Assembly: GCF_009914755.1 (NCBI RefSeq)
Contig: NC_060933.1
DNA: 64,000 nt
DNA from: the human T2T-CHM13v2.0 reference genome, Homo sapiens
Reading direction: 5' to 3' (one strand)
Positions 31,946 through 63,256 of the stretch are shown one piece after another. The position numbers and the translations under genes were made by a program. How positions within the stretch are numbered: position 1 is the stretch's first letter; each line of letters begins with the position of its first letter. Under the pieces are notes generated by a model. That model worked only from the letters and a program-made list of their open reading frames with translations, searched no databases and was not told the DNA's origin.

Positions 31946-34900
31946 TCACAGGACGTCGTCAAAGTCCAGCAGCTTCGAGTGCTGGCGGCTCTTCCACAGG
32001 CGATACAACCGGAAGTCAAAGTACGTCTCGATCATCTGCTTCCCTGGGCGGAGCGGGGGCAGGAGGCTCAGGCCTGGCCGGCCCTGGGGATCCCACCCCA
32101 CCGTGGCCCCGCAGTGGCTGCAGAGCTTCGGCCCAGCCTGGGTAACTCACCTTGGGCTGAGAGCTCCAGGGGTGACTCGAAGGTGACCCTATAAGGAGTC
32201 ATGAGGGTCCTGAGGTTCTGGAACAGCTGGAGGAAGCGGGGTGCCATGAGTCCGAGGCAGAGAGATGGGGAAGGAGGAGCGGGGAGGAGATGGGGAGCAG
32301 GGCCCACCCTCTTTTTTCAGACCCCCCAAACCTGGCTGGGCTCAGGCATAAAGGATTTCTAGGGGAATGCCCGGGGGAAGGAAAAAAAATGCCAGGAAAC
32401 ATGGAAGGCTCTGCCCTGTCTGTCCACATCGGGGGTTTCCAGAGGTCTGGGGTGGGGCTTGGGGGTCACTGTACCTTCTCTCCATTGGGGTTCCCCAGAA
32501 TGTAGCAGCCCATGATGTGGATGACGTTCGGCTCTGGGTTCACTTTGCTCATCAGGCGGCTCAGCCGCTTCCAGAAGCTGGTGGAGAGGGGTGGGTCACC
32601 CAGTGGCAGGGGACAGGCACCCCACTCCACAGAGCGGACCGTGGAGGAGGGGCTGTGGGGGAGGGACATGCCAGGGCCTGGACTCTGCCTCCAGCCCTCC
32701 CCGCGCCCAGGGCACCCGGCTTCTCACTGAATCATGTCCTCTTCCTTCTCCACTTTGGCAAAGGTGGCCACCTTGTTCTTGAGGAGATAGAGGTGTCCAG
32801 GACCTCCCTGTAAGAAGCTGTGGTCAGGCATCTGCTCCTCCTTCCTCCCCCTCTCCGACACACATGCACCCACGCACATGCGTGGGAGGTAGTTTTGGTC
32901 TTCATCCCCCGGCCACGCTTCTTCCCCTTGATCTCCCCCACCACACGTCTTTCCCTTGATCTCCCCCACCACACGCCTCTTCCCTTTGATCTCCCCCCCA
33001 CGCCTCTTCCCCTTGATCTCCCCCACCACATGCCTCTTCCCTTTGATCTCCCCCACCACACGCCTCTTCCCTTTGATCTCCCCCACCACACGCCTCTTCC
33101 CTTTGATCTCCCCCACCACACGCCTCTTCCCTTTGATTTCCCCCACCACACGCCTCTTCCCCTTGATCTTCCCCCGCCTCTTCCTCTTGATCTCCCCCCC
33201 TCGCCTCTTCCTCTTAATTCCCCCCAATGCCTCTTCCCCTTGATCTCCCCCACCACACGCTCTTCTCCTTGATCTCCCCCCAATGCCTCTTCCCCTTGAC
33301 CTGCCCGCCACGCCTCTTCCTTTTGATCTCCCCCCCACACCTCTTCCCCTTGATCTCCCCCCCACGCCTCTTCCCCTTGATCTCCCCCTCCACACGCCTC
33401 TTCCCCTTGATCTTCCCCTGCCCCTCGTCTCTTCCCCTTGATCTCCCCTGCCACGTCTCTTCCCCTTGATCTCCCCCACCACGTCTCTTCCCCTTGATCT
33501 CCCCTCCACGTCTCTTCCCCTTGATCTCCCCCTCCACACGCCTCTTCCCCTTGATCTTCCCCTGCCACACGTCTCTTCCCCTTGATCTCCCGCGCCACAC
33601 GCCTCTTCCCCTTGTTCTGCCCTCCACGCCTCTTCCCCTTGGTCTTCCCCACCACACGCCTCTTCCCCTTGGTCTCCCCCGCCACGTCTCTTCCCCTTGG
33701 TCTTCCTTGGCCACACGCCTCTTCCCCTTGATCTCCCCACCATGCCTCTTCCCCTTGATCTCCCCCTCCACACGCCTCTTCCCCTTGATCTTCCCCTGCC
33801 CCTCGTCTCTTCCCCTTGATCTCCCCCGCCACGTCTCTTCCCCTTGATCTCCCCCGCCACGTCTCTTCCCCTTGATCTCCCCCGCCACACGCCTCTTCCC
33901 CTTGGTCTTCCCCCGCCACGTCTCTTCTCCTTGATCTACCCCCCAAACACCTCTTCCCCTTGGTCTCCCCCAGCCACACGCCCCTTCCCCTTCATTTCCC
34001 CCCCGCCACACGCCTCTTCTCCTTGATCTTTCCCCCTCAATGTCTACACCTCTTCTCCTTGGTCTTCCCCAACCCCAGCCTCTTCCCCTTGGTCTCCCCC
34101 AGCCACACCTCTTCCCCTTGGTCTCCCCCAGCCACACGCCTCTTCCCCTTCGTTTCCCCCCGCCACACGCCTCTTCTCCTTGATCTTTCCCCCTCAACAT
34201 CTACGCCTCTTCTCCTTGGTCTTCCCCAACCCCAGCCTCTTCCCCTTGGTCTCCCCCAGCCACACCTCTTCCCCTTGGTCTCCCCCTCAAACACCTCTTC
34301 CCCTTGGTCTTCCCACCCCAGCCTCTTCCCCTTGGTCTCCCCCAGCCACACCTCTTCCCCTTGGTCTCCACCCCCACGCCTCTTCCCCTTGGTCTCCCCC
34401 ACAAACACCTCTTCCCCTTGGTCTCCCCACCCCAACCTCTTCCCCTTGGTCTCCCCCAACTTGACTTCTTCCCCTTGGTCTTCCCCTGCCCCACCACGAT
34501 TCTTCTCCTGGTCAGGAGACGAGCACTGAGCCCCACCTGGCAGAAAATCAGCATTTTCCAGATCTTGGCTCCCTTGTGGTAGACGTTCAGCTTCCTCTCT
34601 ATCTCCTCTGTGGGAGAGCGGGTGTGAGTGCTGCGGCCCCCACCCCAGCCCCAGGGGCACCCCCACCTGTGTCTGCCCCTCCCAGGCCTGGAACCAGCAG
34701 AGAGAAGGCCAATGAGGCACATACCAAGGATGTCCTCGAAGGTTGCGTGCTCATGGTCCTGGGGACAGACACAGGCCACAAGGCCACATCAAGGCTGCGT
34801 CAGAGCCAGCAGCGCCACAGCACCCTGGGGACCTGGGGTGCCGGCGCTGGCCCAGGGTGGGGCCGCAAGAGGGCATCTGTTGGGGGCAGGCCCGGGGCGG

Positions 34901-37900
34901 GACTCACGTAGAGGATGGGGATGATGGAGGGGTCATCCCGGCGGATGATAGTGGGGATGTACTCAGCCTTGGGCACCTTGGAGGAAATGAGCTGCGGAGA
35001 CAAAGAGCTGCTCAGGGGCCCCAGGCCCATCCAAAAGCCAAGGGGCTGTGGGAGCCCCCATGAGGCTACCTTCTGGCTGCCAGGCAGCCCAAGGGTATAG
35101 CCCTGTGAGACACCCTCCCCCAGGCAGCTGGAGAAGGCTGCGTGGTCCCAGGCAGAGCTGGCTGGACTCGGGTTGGGGCGGAGTCCTGCTCGGGGTGTAG
35201 AGGAGCACTGCCCGGGCTGGGCCTCACCATGACCTTTGGTGGCACGAAGCCTTCGGTGTCGCAGGCCACAGCCTCCAGGCCCTTCTCAGTGTCCCAGTCC
35301 AGGTCCTCGAAGGCCTCGTCCAGCGTGCAGTGGGAGCTCTGCAGGTCACTGCCTGGGAAGCAAGAGGGTCACCAGGACAGCAGGCCCGGCAGCACCTCCT
35401 ATCCTGGCCATGGCCCCAAGGCCCACAGGGCCCGAAAGCCCCATCCCGGAGGGTCCTCCAAGCAAGTGGGAGGACCATACAGAGGTCGCCGCCAGCCCGG
35501 CAGGACAGGCCTGTGGACACCACTGGGCAGCGGCCTGATGTGGGAAGGGAGACCCTGGTGCGAGGCCGGTGGAAGGCGCGTGCAGGCATCAGCTCCAGCC
35601 AAGTCCGCCGGGCGCCTGGGAGGGAGTGGGGGCGGGCACCGCAGCCCCCTGCCCCTGAGGGCCTCTTGCGAGTGGCGGTGGGCACGGCCCTACAGGCGCC
35701 CCCGGCCAGCACTGCCGCGGCCGTTGTTAGCCCCGCCTTTGCGATCGGAGATGCTGAGGGCGTCCCCATCTCACAAACAGGTAAACCAAGATTCAGGAGT
35801 GCAAAAGCGCAGCCCAGCGGCCCTGGCAGGGGACCCCCAGCAGGGGTCTGGGGTCTAGGGGAGGCTCTGGGGAAGGTGGGCGGGCCTGTGCGGGGCACCT
35901 ACTGTCTCGGGAGTCGTGGGAAGTGTCGGCTTTCATGGGGGTGGGGTCGCTCCAGGACCGGCTGAAGCTCCGCTCGCGCCGCTCAGCGAACGCTGCAGAG
36001 AGCAAAACCCGCATTAGCGAGCGGGTGGGGCGGGGCCTCGGGAGTCTCAGACCCCAGGCGAGGGGACCACAGGGGCCCTGGGCAGAGGAGGAAGCTAATG
36101 TGGGTGGGGTCTAAGGCACATGAAGCAGACACGGACCAGAGGCTCGGTTGGTTCAGGGGCAGGATCTGAGAACACTGGGGCAGGGCCAGAGGCGGAGTCT
36201 GGGAAGGGAGGAGCCTGGGCCGGGCTGGGGGCGTGGCTGGGAGGGGAGGAGCCTGGGCCGGGCTGGGGGCGTGGCTGGGAGGGGAGGAGCCTGGGCCGGG
36301 CTGGGGGCGTGGCTGGGAGGGGAGGAGCCTGGGCCGGGCTGGGGGCGTGGCTGGGAGGGGAGGAGCCTGGGCCGGGCTGGGGAAGTGGCTGGAAGGGGAG
36401 GAGCCTGAGGCAGGGCCCGATTGGGGTTGGGGCGGGGGTCGTTCTTATCGCAGCTAGCAGCAAGCAAAGCCCCAACCAGCCAAGCGCAACGCCGCCCCCC
36501 CACCCCCGCCGCACGGGGTCTTACTCTGGGCCTTCACCCTCCGGCTGCCGACCATGCGCAGGTGTTTGCGGAAGTTCCTGGGGGAGGAAGCCAGGGGCTG
36601 AAGAGGGCCGTGAGAGGGTGACGGCAGCCCCTGCCCACCTAGCCCCCGTCGGGTCATGGCTCTACTCTCACCCCTTCGGTGTGGGAAGCCAGTGCTCTCC
36701 CTGGCTCCTGGCACCACCTCCCACCCAAAGGCAAATCCCACCCAGTGCTCTTCCCGCGACAGCCTTCCAGGGCTCCCCTTCAACTCCAGAACAAAGGTGC
36801 AGTGCCTGGCGCTCTGGATCAAGTCTCCTCCCGAGCTGCATTCCCAGGCTCTGACCTTCCGTCCTCGCCCGGGACTTACGCCCTGAGCCTCCACGCCCAT
36901 GTGGCAGAGGATCCAGCCTGCCTGCGCTGCAGCAGAGCGGGGCTCCTGTCTGCACCACCCCATGGCGGGCTGGGGGCCTGCAGGAGCCCCCTCTCCTGCT
37001 CTGTGTCCTTGAGCCACCTCAGGGGCAGGTCCTCTCCTCCACCAAACTTTGGACCCTGCCAAGGCCCAACATCCAAAACGGGCAAAAAAGCTTCCCAGAC
37101 ACATCTGTGTGATTGGAGTGGGGGAGGGGGGCCTTGCTGCTGGCCCCAGCCCAGACAGAGACACGTGCCCTCGGAGTGCAGGACTGAGGGTGAGATGCTT
37201 TCCTGCAGCCCGGGCCACATGGCCTCTCCTGCCTGCCACGTCCCCAGAGCAGGGCCAGGCCAGTGGTCGCCACCACCCTTCCCCCATCAGGTCTGCCAGG
37301 GCCGAGGGGGCCCAGGCCAGGCCAGCACAGACCAGAGATGGACCCTGGTGGCGAGTGGCTGGCAGGCCCTACCTCTGGATTACAGACGCGGAATCATTCT
37401 CCCGTTTCCGGCGCTTCCTCTCCGCGTAGCCCCTGAACACCCTGGGAAACCACCGCGAGTCAGCACTGCCCTTGGCCGGAGGCAGGAGGGACACAGACGT
37501 CGGGACAGTGGTGCGAGCAGAGGGCCCAGCAGGGCGTCTGGGGCACGGGGCCCGGGAGAGGAGTCCCAGCCTGCCTCACCTGTCGAGGCCCAGCTCCCAG
37601 CAGGCCCTGCTGCGACCTCGGTGCCCGCTGGGAGCCAGGCCCGCAGAGAGCGGCACTCCCTCAAGACCCAGGTCCCTGGCCTGCCCAAACCTATTTGGGG
37701 TGGGAGGGTCTCCCCAGGGACAACAGCTGTGCCCTTAGGCACCAAGTCATACAGGTACTTACGAGATGCTGAAGCCAGGGCCAGAAGGGATGGCGTGAGA
37801 GAGAAGACACAGTGAGCTCAACCCCGGGCCTCCCCTCAGCCCCCACCCGGTCCCTACAGTTCCCTTCTTGTCACTGACCCAATAGGTCCCTCACAGGTAA

Positions 37901-40900
37901 CCCAGCCACCAGCAGGATGCTGGCTACACTGCTGGCCAGCCCTGAATGGGCAACGGAAGCTGATGTCACTGCAGCCCATGCCACAAGGACTGGTTGCTGA
38001 GACCAGGCAGCCTGAGGCTGGGTGTGGGGTGGACTCCCCCGGGCAGGACACTTCTTTGGTGTGGGGACCAATGCAGCAAAGGGAACTTCCCTGGAAGGAA
38101 TCCCAGAACAGAAAAGCCAAATGTATGTCAAGACAGAGAGGAGCAGGTCCCTGCGGGGACCCTGAAACTGTGATGACCTATGGCACGTATGAAACAGAAG
38201 TAGGCTTCTATTTGGGGTTTGAGGGAGGGCAGACACAGGCTGAGGAGAGTGGATAGGAGCAGGAGAACCTGCCACACCCCACACCCCACTGAGAGCTCAT
38301 CAGCTGCAGCCCTGGGCCAGGTCCCCTGACTGTGTGTGTGTGGGGGGGGGGGCTGGGCACCAGCCATGGGAGGGGAAGAGCAGTCAGCCCTGGCCTCCCT
38401 GGCAGGCCTGGCACAGCATAGGCACGTGGGTCTGTTCAGAAGCAGCCCCCCTGGTAGGCCCAGAGACTGGGAAAAAGTGCTGTTTCCTGAGCAGCAGAAA
38501 GAGACCACCCAACCCTGACCCCAAGTCGTGGGCACAAGACTCACGCTTGCATAGTTGTGGTTGCTGTCTGGAAGCTGAAAAGATTTTCCTTGGGGAACCA
38601 GGTACGAATAGGGATGTCGTCTAAGAGAGACAAAAAGGAGCGGTGGCTGGGTGAAGTAGGGGTTCCTGAAGCCTCTCCCTCCCTGTTGGGAAGCAGATGC
38701 TTCTGGGTCCAGGGGTCAGCAGAAGCTGGCAGCCAGGGCGGGTGGGGGGAGGGTGGCATCCCCACACGGGCACAGAGGGCAGTGCTCGAATGTCTGCTGC
38801 TCACTCACCAAGACCACGCTCTTGGTAACTTGACGCTTTGATTTTTTTGGCTTAACTTTCCCTTTGGCCACCCAAAGTTTGAGAAACATTCCTTTGAAAG
38901 CACAGTCTGTCTCCAGGAGGCCCAGGAAAACAATGCGTCTGTTTCCCTTGGGCAGAAGAGGCTCTGAGGCCTTCTCTGCAGCCCCCATGCTCTAGCTGGA
39001 GGCCCTCACCGAGGCTAGAGACCACCTTGCTGAGGGCTGTCCCCTTCCGAGGGCCCCCACAGCCTTTCCCTGATGCCCAAGTGTGGGGACAGTGGAGTGA
39101 CTTTCTGCCTGGTGGACAAGCTACCACACAACTCAACAACCCTGGGGAAAGATGCCCACTGCCTGGCTGGGCCCCAACAGCTCCCCAGGACTCTCGGAGG
39201 GCAGCCCAGTCTCCTGATTAAGCGGTGCTTCCTCCCTACATATCCCTTAAGATCCTCCCAGGCCCCCTCCTCCAGGAAGCACTCCTTGATTGACCTGGTG
39301 CTAGCAGGGCGAAAGCGGACTGTGAGGCCTGGCAGATTTTGCTGAGGAGCTGAGGGAGCTCACAGCTCATAGGGTGTGGAGGCCGCAGCAGAAGCCTGCC
39401 GGTTTTAATCTTGAGTCCGCTGGCATGCTGTGACCTGAGCACCTGTTCTCTGTTCCAAGCCTCACAGTGGCTGCTGCTGTCAGACCCTGGCAGCGGCATG
39501 CACCCCCAAACCTGTCTATGCCCTGACACAAACCCCTCACCAGACACACGGTCAACGCTGTACATCCTCTCCAGCTTCTTGCGGCGACCGGAGGTCTCAG
39601 GCAGAGGTGGCTGGTCCAGCCCAAAGGCCCGAGGGGTGGGGCCAGGAGCCAGCTGGGCACATCCGGGGCACTCCTTGGAGCCCTGGCGGCTGCCCGCCCA
39701 GCTCTGGCAGGGCCTGCTGACGTCCTCCCGGCTGCCACCAGGGCTGGCGCGCAGGGGCTGGCTGTGATGGTGAGGGTGCCGCTGCCGCCGCCCCTTCACC
39801 ACCGCCAGCTCAATGGCCTCCGCCTCAGGGCTGGGCAGCAGGGCAGGCTCCCCAGAGATGGTGTACACTCGAGGCTGAGGGCCCTCGCCTGCGGGCTTCC
39901 TAATGCTGGGCTCCTCTGAGAGGCTGCCCTCGTAGCAGCCGTTGGAGACGAGGGACAGGCGGCGCTTGTTCTGGGGGGCCGGCTGCATCTCGGGGGACCC
40001 GTCGTGGCCAGAGTAGGCATCAGCCAGCAGGTGATCTAGGAGAGACACTGAGTGAGCCTGCCTGCCGCGTGTGGGCCCCCCGCTGCCGGTTTCATAGCAG
40101 GCCGAAGGCAGAGAACACCCAGTGGGCACCTGGCCTCTGTGGGGGACTAGGGCTGCCCAAACCCTAGTCACTGGCGTGTTTCTGAGCCCCTCACTCCTAT
40201 CTGGGCCTGAAGCTCTAGCATGTGCGTGGGGGCTGGGTGACGCTGTGCTACCTGTGTGCGGTCCTGCCGGGTAGGAACACGCAGGCCATCCCCCAGCCTG
40301 CGATCGCACCGTTTGCCTGGTGCCAACTTCCCCCTCCCCCCACCAGCTGGCCCCCAGAGGCAGTGGTGCCAGCCCTGGGGGAGCCAGGAGGCCTGTTGCC
40401 ATGCCAACGGCCCAGGCGGGGTGGGTGCCATGGTGACGAGCGGCTGGGAACTGCTCCTGGGGCTCGGGCAGGGAGGGCAGGGGATGTAAGGAAGCCAGGC
40501 CGGCAGGGCGCCGGGCCCACGCGCAACCAATGCCCCTCACGCTCCACCCCCGGAGGCAGGGATCAGCATCCCTTGGGCTGGGGGGTCTGGGCGGCCCTGG
40601 CACGGCCTCGCGTGCCCCTACCTGCGCCGTTGCGGTTCTCAGGGTGACTCTGGGACAGGTACTCTCCAAACGCTCGGGCTGCTCTGAGGGTGGACAGAGG
40701 GCACGGTCAGAGGCCACGGCACGACCCTCCCAAACACCGGGCCGCGCAAGAGCCGGGGGTCCGGTCCCCAGCCAGGCCCTCGGCGTCTGGAAGGAGGGTC
40801 GGGGTCGTCCCCCTCCGGGAGCCCACACACCCTTGGTCCTGGTGCGCCCTGGCCAGGCCTGCAGGCCCGGCCCCTGCCCGTCGGACCGTGGAGAGGGGTC

Positions 40901-41236
40901 GCGAGGCCGGTCGGCTGCTGTTCCCCGGGGGAACCGAGGCCACTCCCGACCTGGGGGGTGCGCTCGCCCACCACGCGCTCGCGAGGGGAGGGGAGGGAAG
41001 AGCAGGGCAGGGGACCAGGAAGAGGGAGGCGCGGGGCGCGGGGAGGGCGCCTCAGTGGCAGAGGCCGGGGCCCGGGAGCCCGGGGAGCACCGCGGGGCAG
41101 GGGCGGACTCGGGCGGGGTCGGAGGTCCAGGGCGGGGTGCGGGAAGGCGGCCCCGCCGCACTCACCGCACTTTGGCCGCCACCGAGGACATGGCCTCGCT
41201 CCTCAGCGCCCTCCTCCTGGAGGCGGCGGCGCCCAT
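31946..41236 (-). CDS. NSMF: NMDA receptor synaptonuclear signalling and neuronal migration factor (NELF/Jacob), 530 aa
   Basis: Exons 41236-41166, 40683-40622, 40035-39541, 38620-38545, 37768-37763, 37441-37373, 36577-36525, 35992-35903, 35352-35228, 34991-34908, 34758-34725, 34607-34537, 32807-32728, 32577-32475, 32226-32151, 32043-31946; total 1593 nt. MGAAASRRR myristoylation-type start, RKRRKR NLS, IQRNFRKH IQ-like motif, ...KLLDFDDVL*. Confidence 0.98.
32578..32638 (-). ncRNA. MIR7114: mir-7114 hairpin (5'-tailed mirtron ending at the intron 13 acceptor)
   Basis: 5p arm TCTGTGGAGTGGGGTGCCTGT (32633-32613) pairs with 3p arm TGACCCACCCCTCTCCACCAG (32598-32578), whose final AG is the splice acceptor. 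Confidence 0.85.
32905..34505. repeat. Large pyrimidine/purine-asymmetric VNTR (~1.6 kb), ~28-30-bp unit, NSMF intron 12
   Basis: CCACACGCCTCTTCCCCTTG(A/G)TCTCCCC repeated more than 50 times. Confidence 0.97.
36200..36405. repeat. VNTR, 38-bp unit x ~5, NSMF intron 7
   Basis: GGGAGGGGAGGAGCCTGGGCCGGGCTGGGGGCGTGGCT tandem copies. Confidence 0.93.
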
Positions 41237-41720
41237 GGTCGAGGCGGCGGCGCATCCCCCGGGCCTCAGAGCGCGCCCCGCGCCCGCCGCCTCCGCCGGG
41301 GTAGCCGCGCCGCACCGGGGGTCGCGCTCGGGCTCGGGCTCGGGGTCTCGCTCGGGCTCCGGCTCGGGCTTGGGCTCGGGGTCGGGCTCGGGGTCGGGCC
41401 CGGTCCCCGCATGGCCGCACCCGGCGCTCCGCGCGTGCCGCCGCTCCCGGGAGAGCGCTGCCCGGACCGAGGGCCGGCCCCGCCCATCGTGACGTCAGGG
41501 CCCGGGCGGGCCCAGAGGGGCGGTCGGCCCCACCTACCGTGACGTCAGGGCCCCGGAGAGCTCGGAGAGGACATGTGGCCCCGCCCACCGTGACGTCCGG
41601 GCCCGGGTTGAGTTGGGGGCGGGGCCGGGCGGCCTGGCTCCGCGCCCTCTCGTCCAGGCCTCCAGAGCGGGGAAACTGAGGCCAGCGGCCCCCTGGTCGC
41701 AAAGTCCTGGGCCCTCGGCC
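40500..41720 (-). promoter_or_regulatory. NSMF CpG-island promoter with three GC-box/CRE modules
   Basis: TGACGTCA at 41490-41497 and 41540-41547, TGACGTCC at 41591-41598, each next to a GGCCCC(G/A)CC box. Confidence 0.85.
41317..41400. repeat. Imperfect hexamer repeat (CTCGGG/GTCGGG)n in the NSMF 5' leader
   Basis: About 13 units directly visible. Confidence 0.8.
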
Positions 41721-42102
41721 CTCACGATCTGCTGCTCAGACCTGCAGGATCACAGGGAGGCCGGTTCTCCCTCCCCTTACACAAAAGGGCTCCCTGTGCA
41801 GTTTGGGAACTGGAAACCGAAGGGGAAGCCAGTTTAGGGGGCACCCAGTTTGCACGAGGCCAGAGAGAGACAGAGGGGCCCGTCCTGGTCCTGGGGGGCC
41901 ACAGCTCTATGCAGACTCTGGACGCCCTACCTGCCTGGCCTGCATTTGCCGCCCTAGGGCTCTCAGGCCCCAGCAGTGGGGTCCTTTGAGGAGGACTGGG
42001 GACTGCCCAGCCTCAGGGACCACCCGCATCAGGGAGAACCAGTAGTGTTTCTTTGCCACAGGGACCTCGGCCCGGGAGACACGTCCAACAGTGAGATCCA
42101 CC

Positions 42103-42108
42103 TTTATT
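42103..42108 (-). terminator. PNPLA7 poly(A) signal AATAAA
   Basis: TTTATT on +, ~420 nt after the PNPLA7 stop. Confidence 0.85.
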
Positions 42109-42142
42109 GAAACATCACACGGCAGCATCAGGGCTCCCACAC

Positions 42143-42345
42143 CTCACAGGGCAGCAGGCAGTTCACAGGACAGCAGGCAGTTCACAGGGCTTTGGGGGCC
42201 TCACAGGGCAGCAGGTGGTTCACAGGGCTTCGGGGGGCCTCACAGGGCTTCGGGGGGCCTCACAGGGCTGCAGGGGGTTCACAGAGCTTCAGGGGCCTCA
42301 CAGAGCTTCAGGGGCCTCACAGGACTGCAGGGGGGCTCACAGGGC
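42143..42345. repeat. ~19-20-bp minisatellite x ~10 in the PNPLA7 3'UTR
   Basis: TCACAG(G/A)GCTTC(G/A)GGGG(G)CC-type units. Confidence 0.85.
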
Positions 42346-42526
42346 CCTGTATGCAGGGCTGCTGGTACAAAGAAGAGGCCCAGAGAACCCTAACACAGCC
42401 TGGGGCCCCGGGGAAGTCAGGGCTTCCAGCAGGGCAGGTACAGAGGCCCCTAGGACTTGGCAGGAGCCTCAGCCTTGGGGACAGTCCCACGGAAGACGCT
42501 GCATCCGGGCTCTTTAGCAGAGGCCT

Positions 42527-63256
<20,730 letters not shown>

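Noticed and set aside
32724-34779. 328-415 aa RG/GE-rich ORFs
   Set aside because: Products of the NSMF intron 12 minisatellite; only the short terminal parts overlap real exons.
36679-37815. 378-aa plus-strand ORF antisense to NSMF
   Set aside because: No recognisable domain and composition typical of GC-rich intron; expected by chance here.
39236-41161. 641-aa minus-strand ORF
   Set aside because: GC-rich introns read through into the real exon 3 frame; the spliced model explains the recognisable 165 codons, and the listed start is inside a splice donor.
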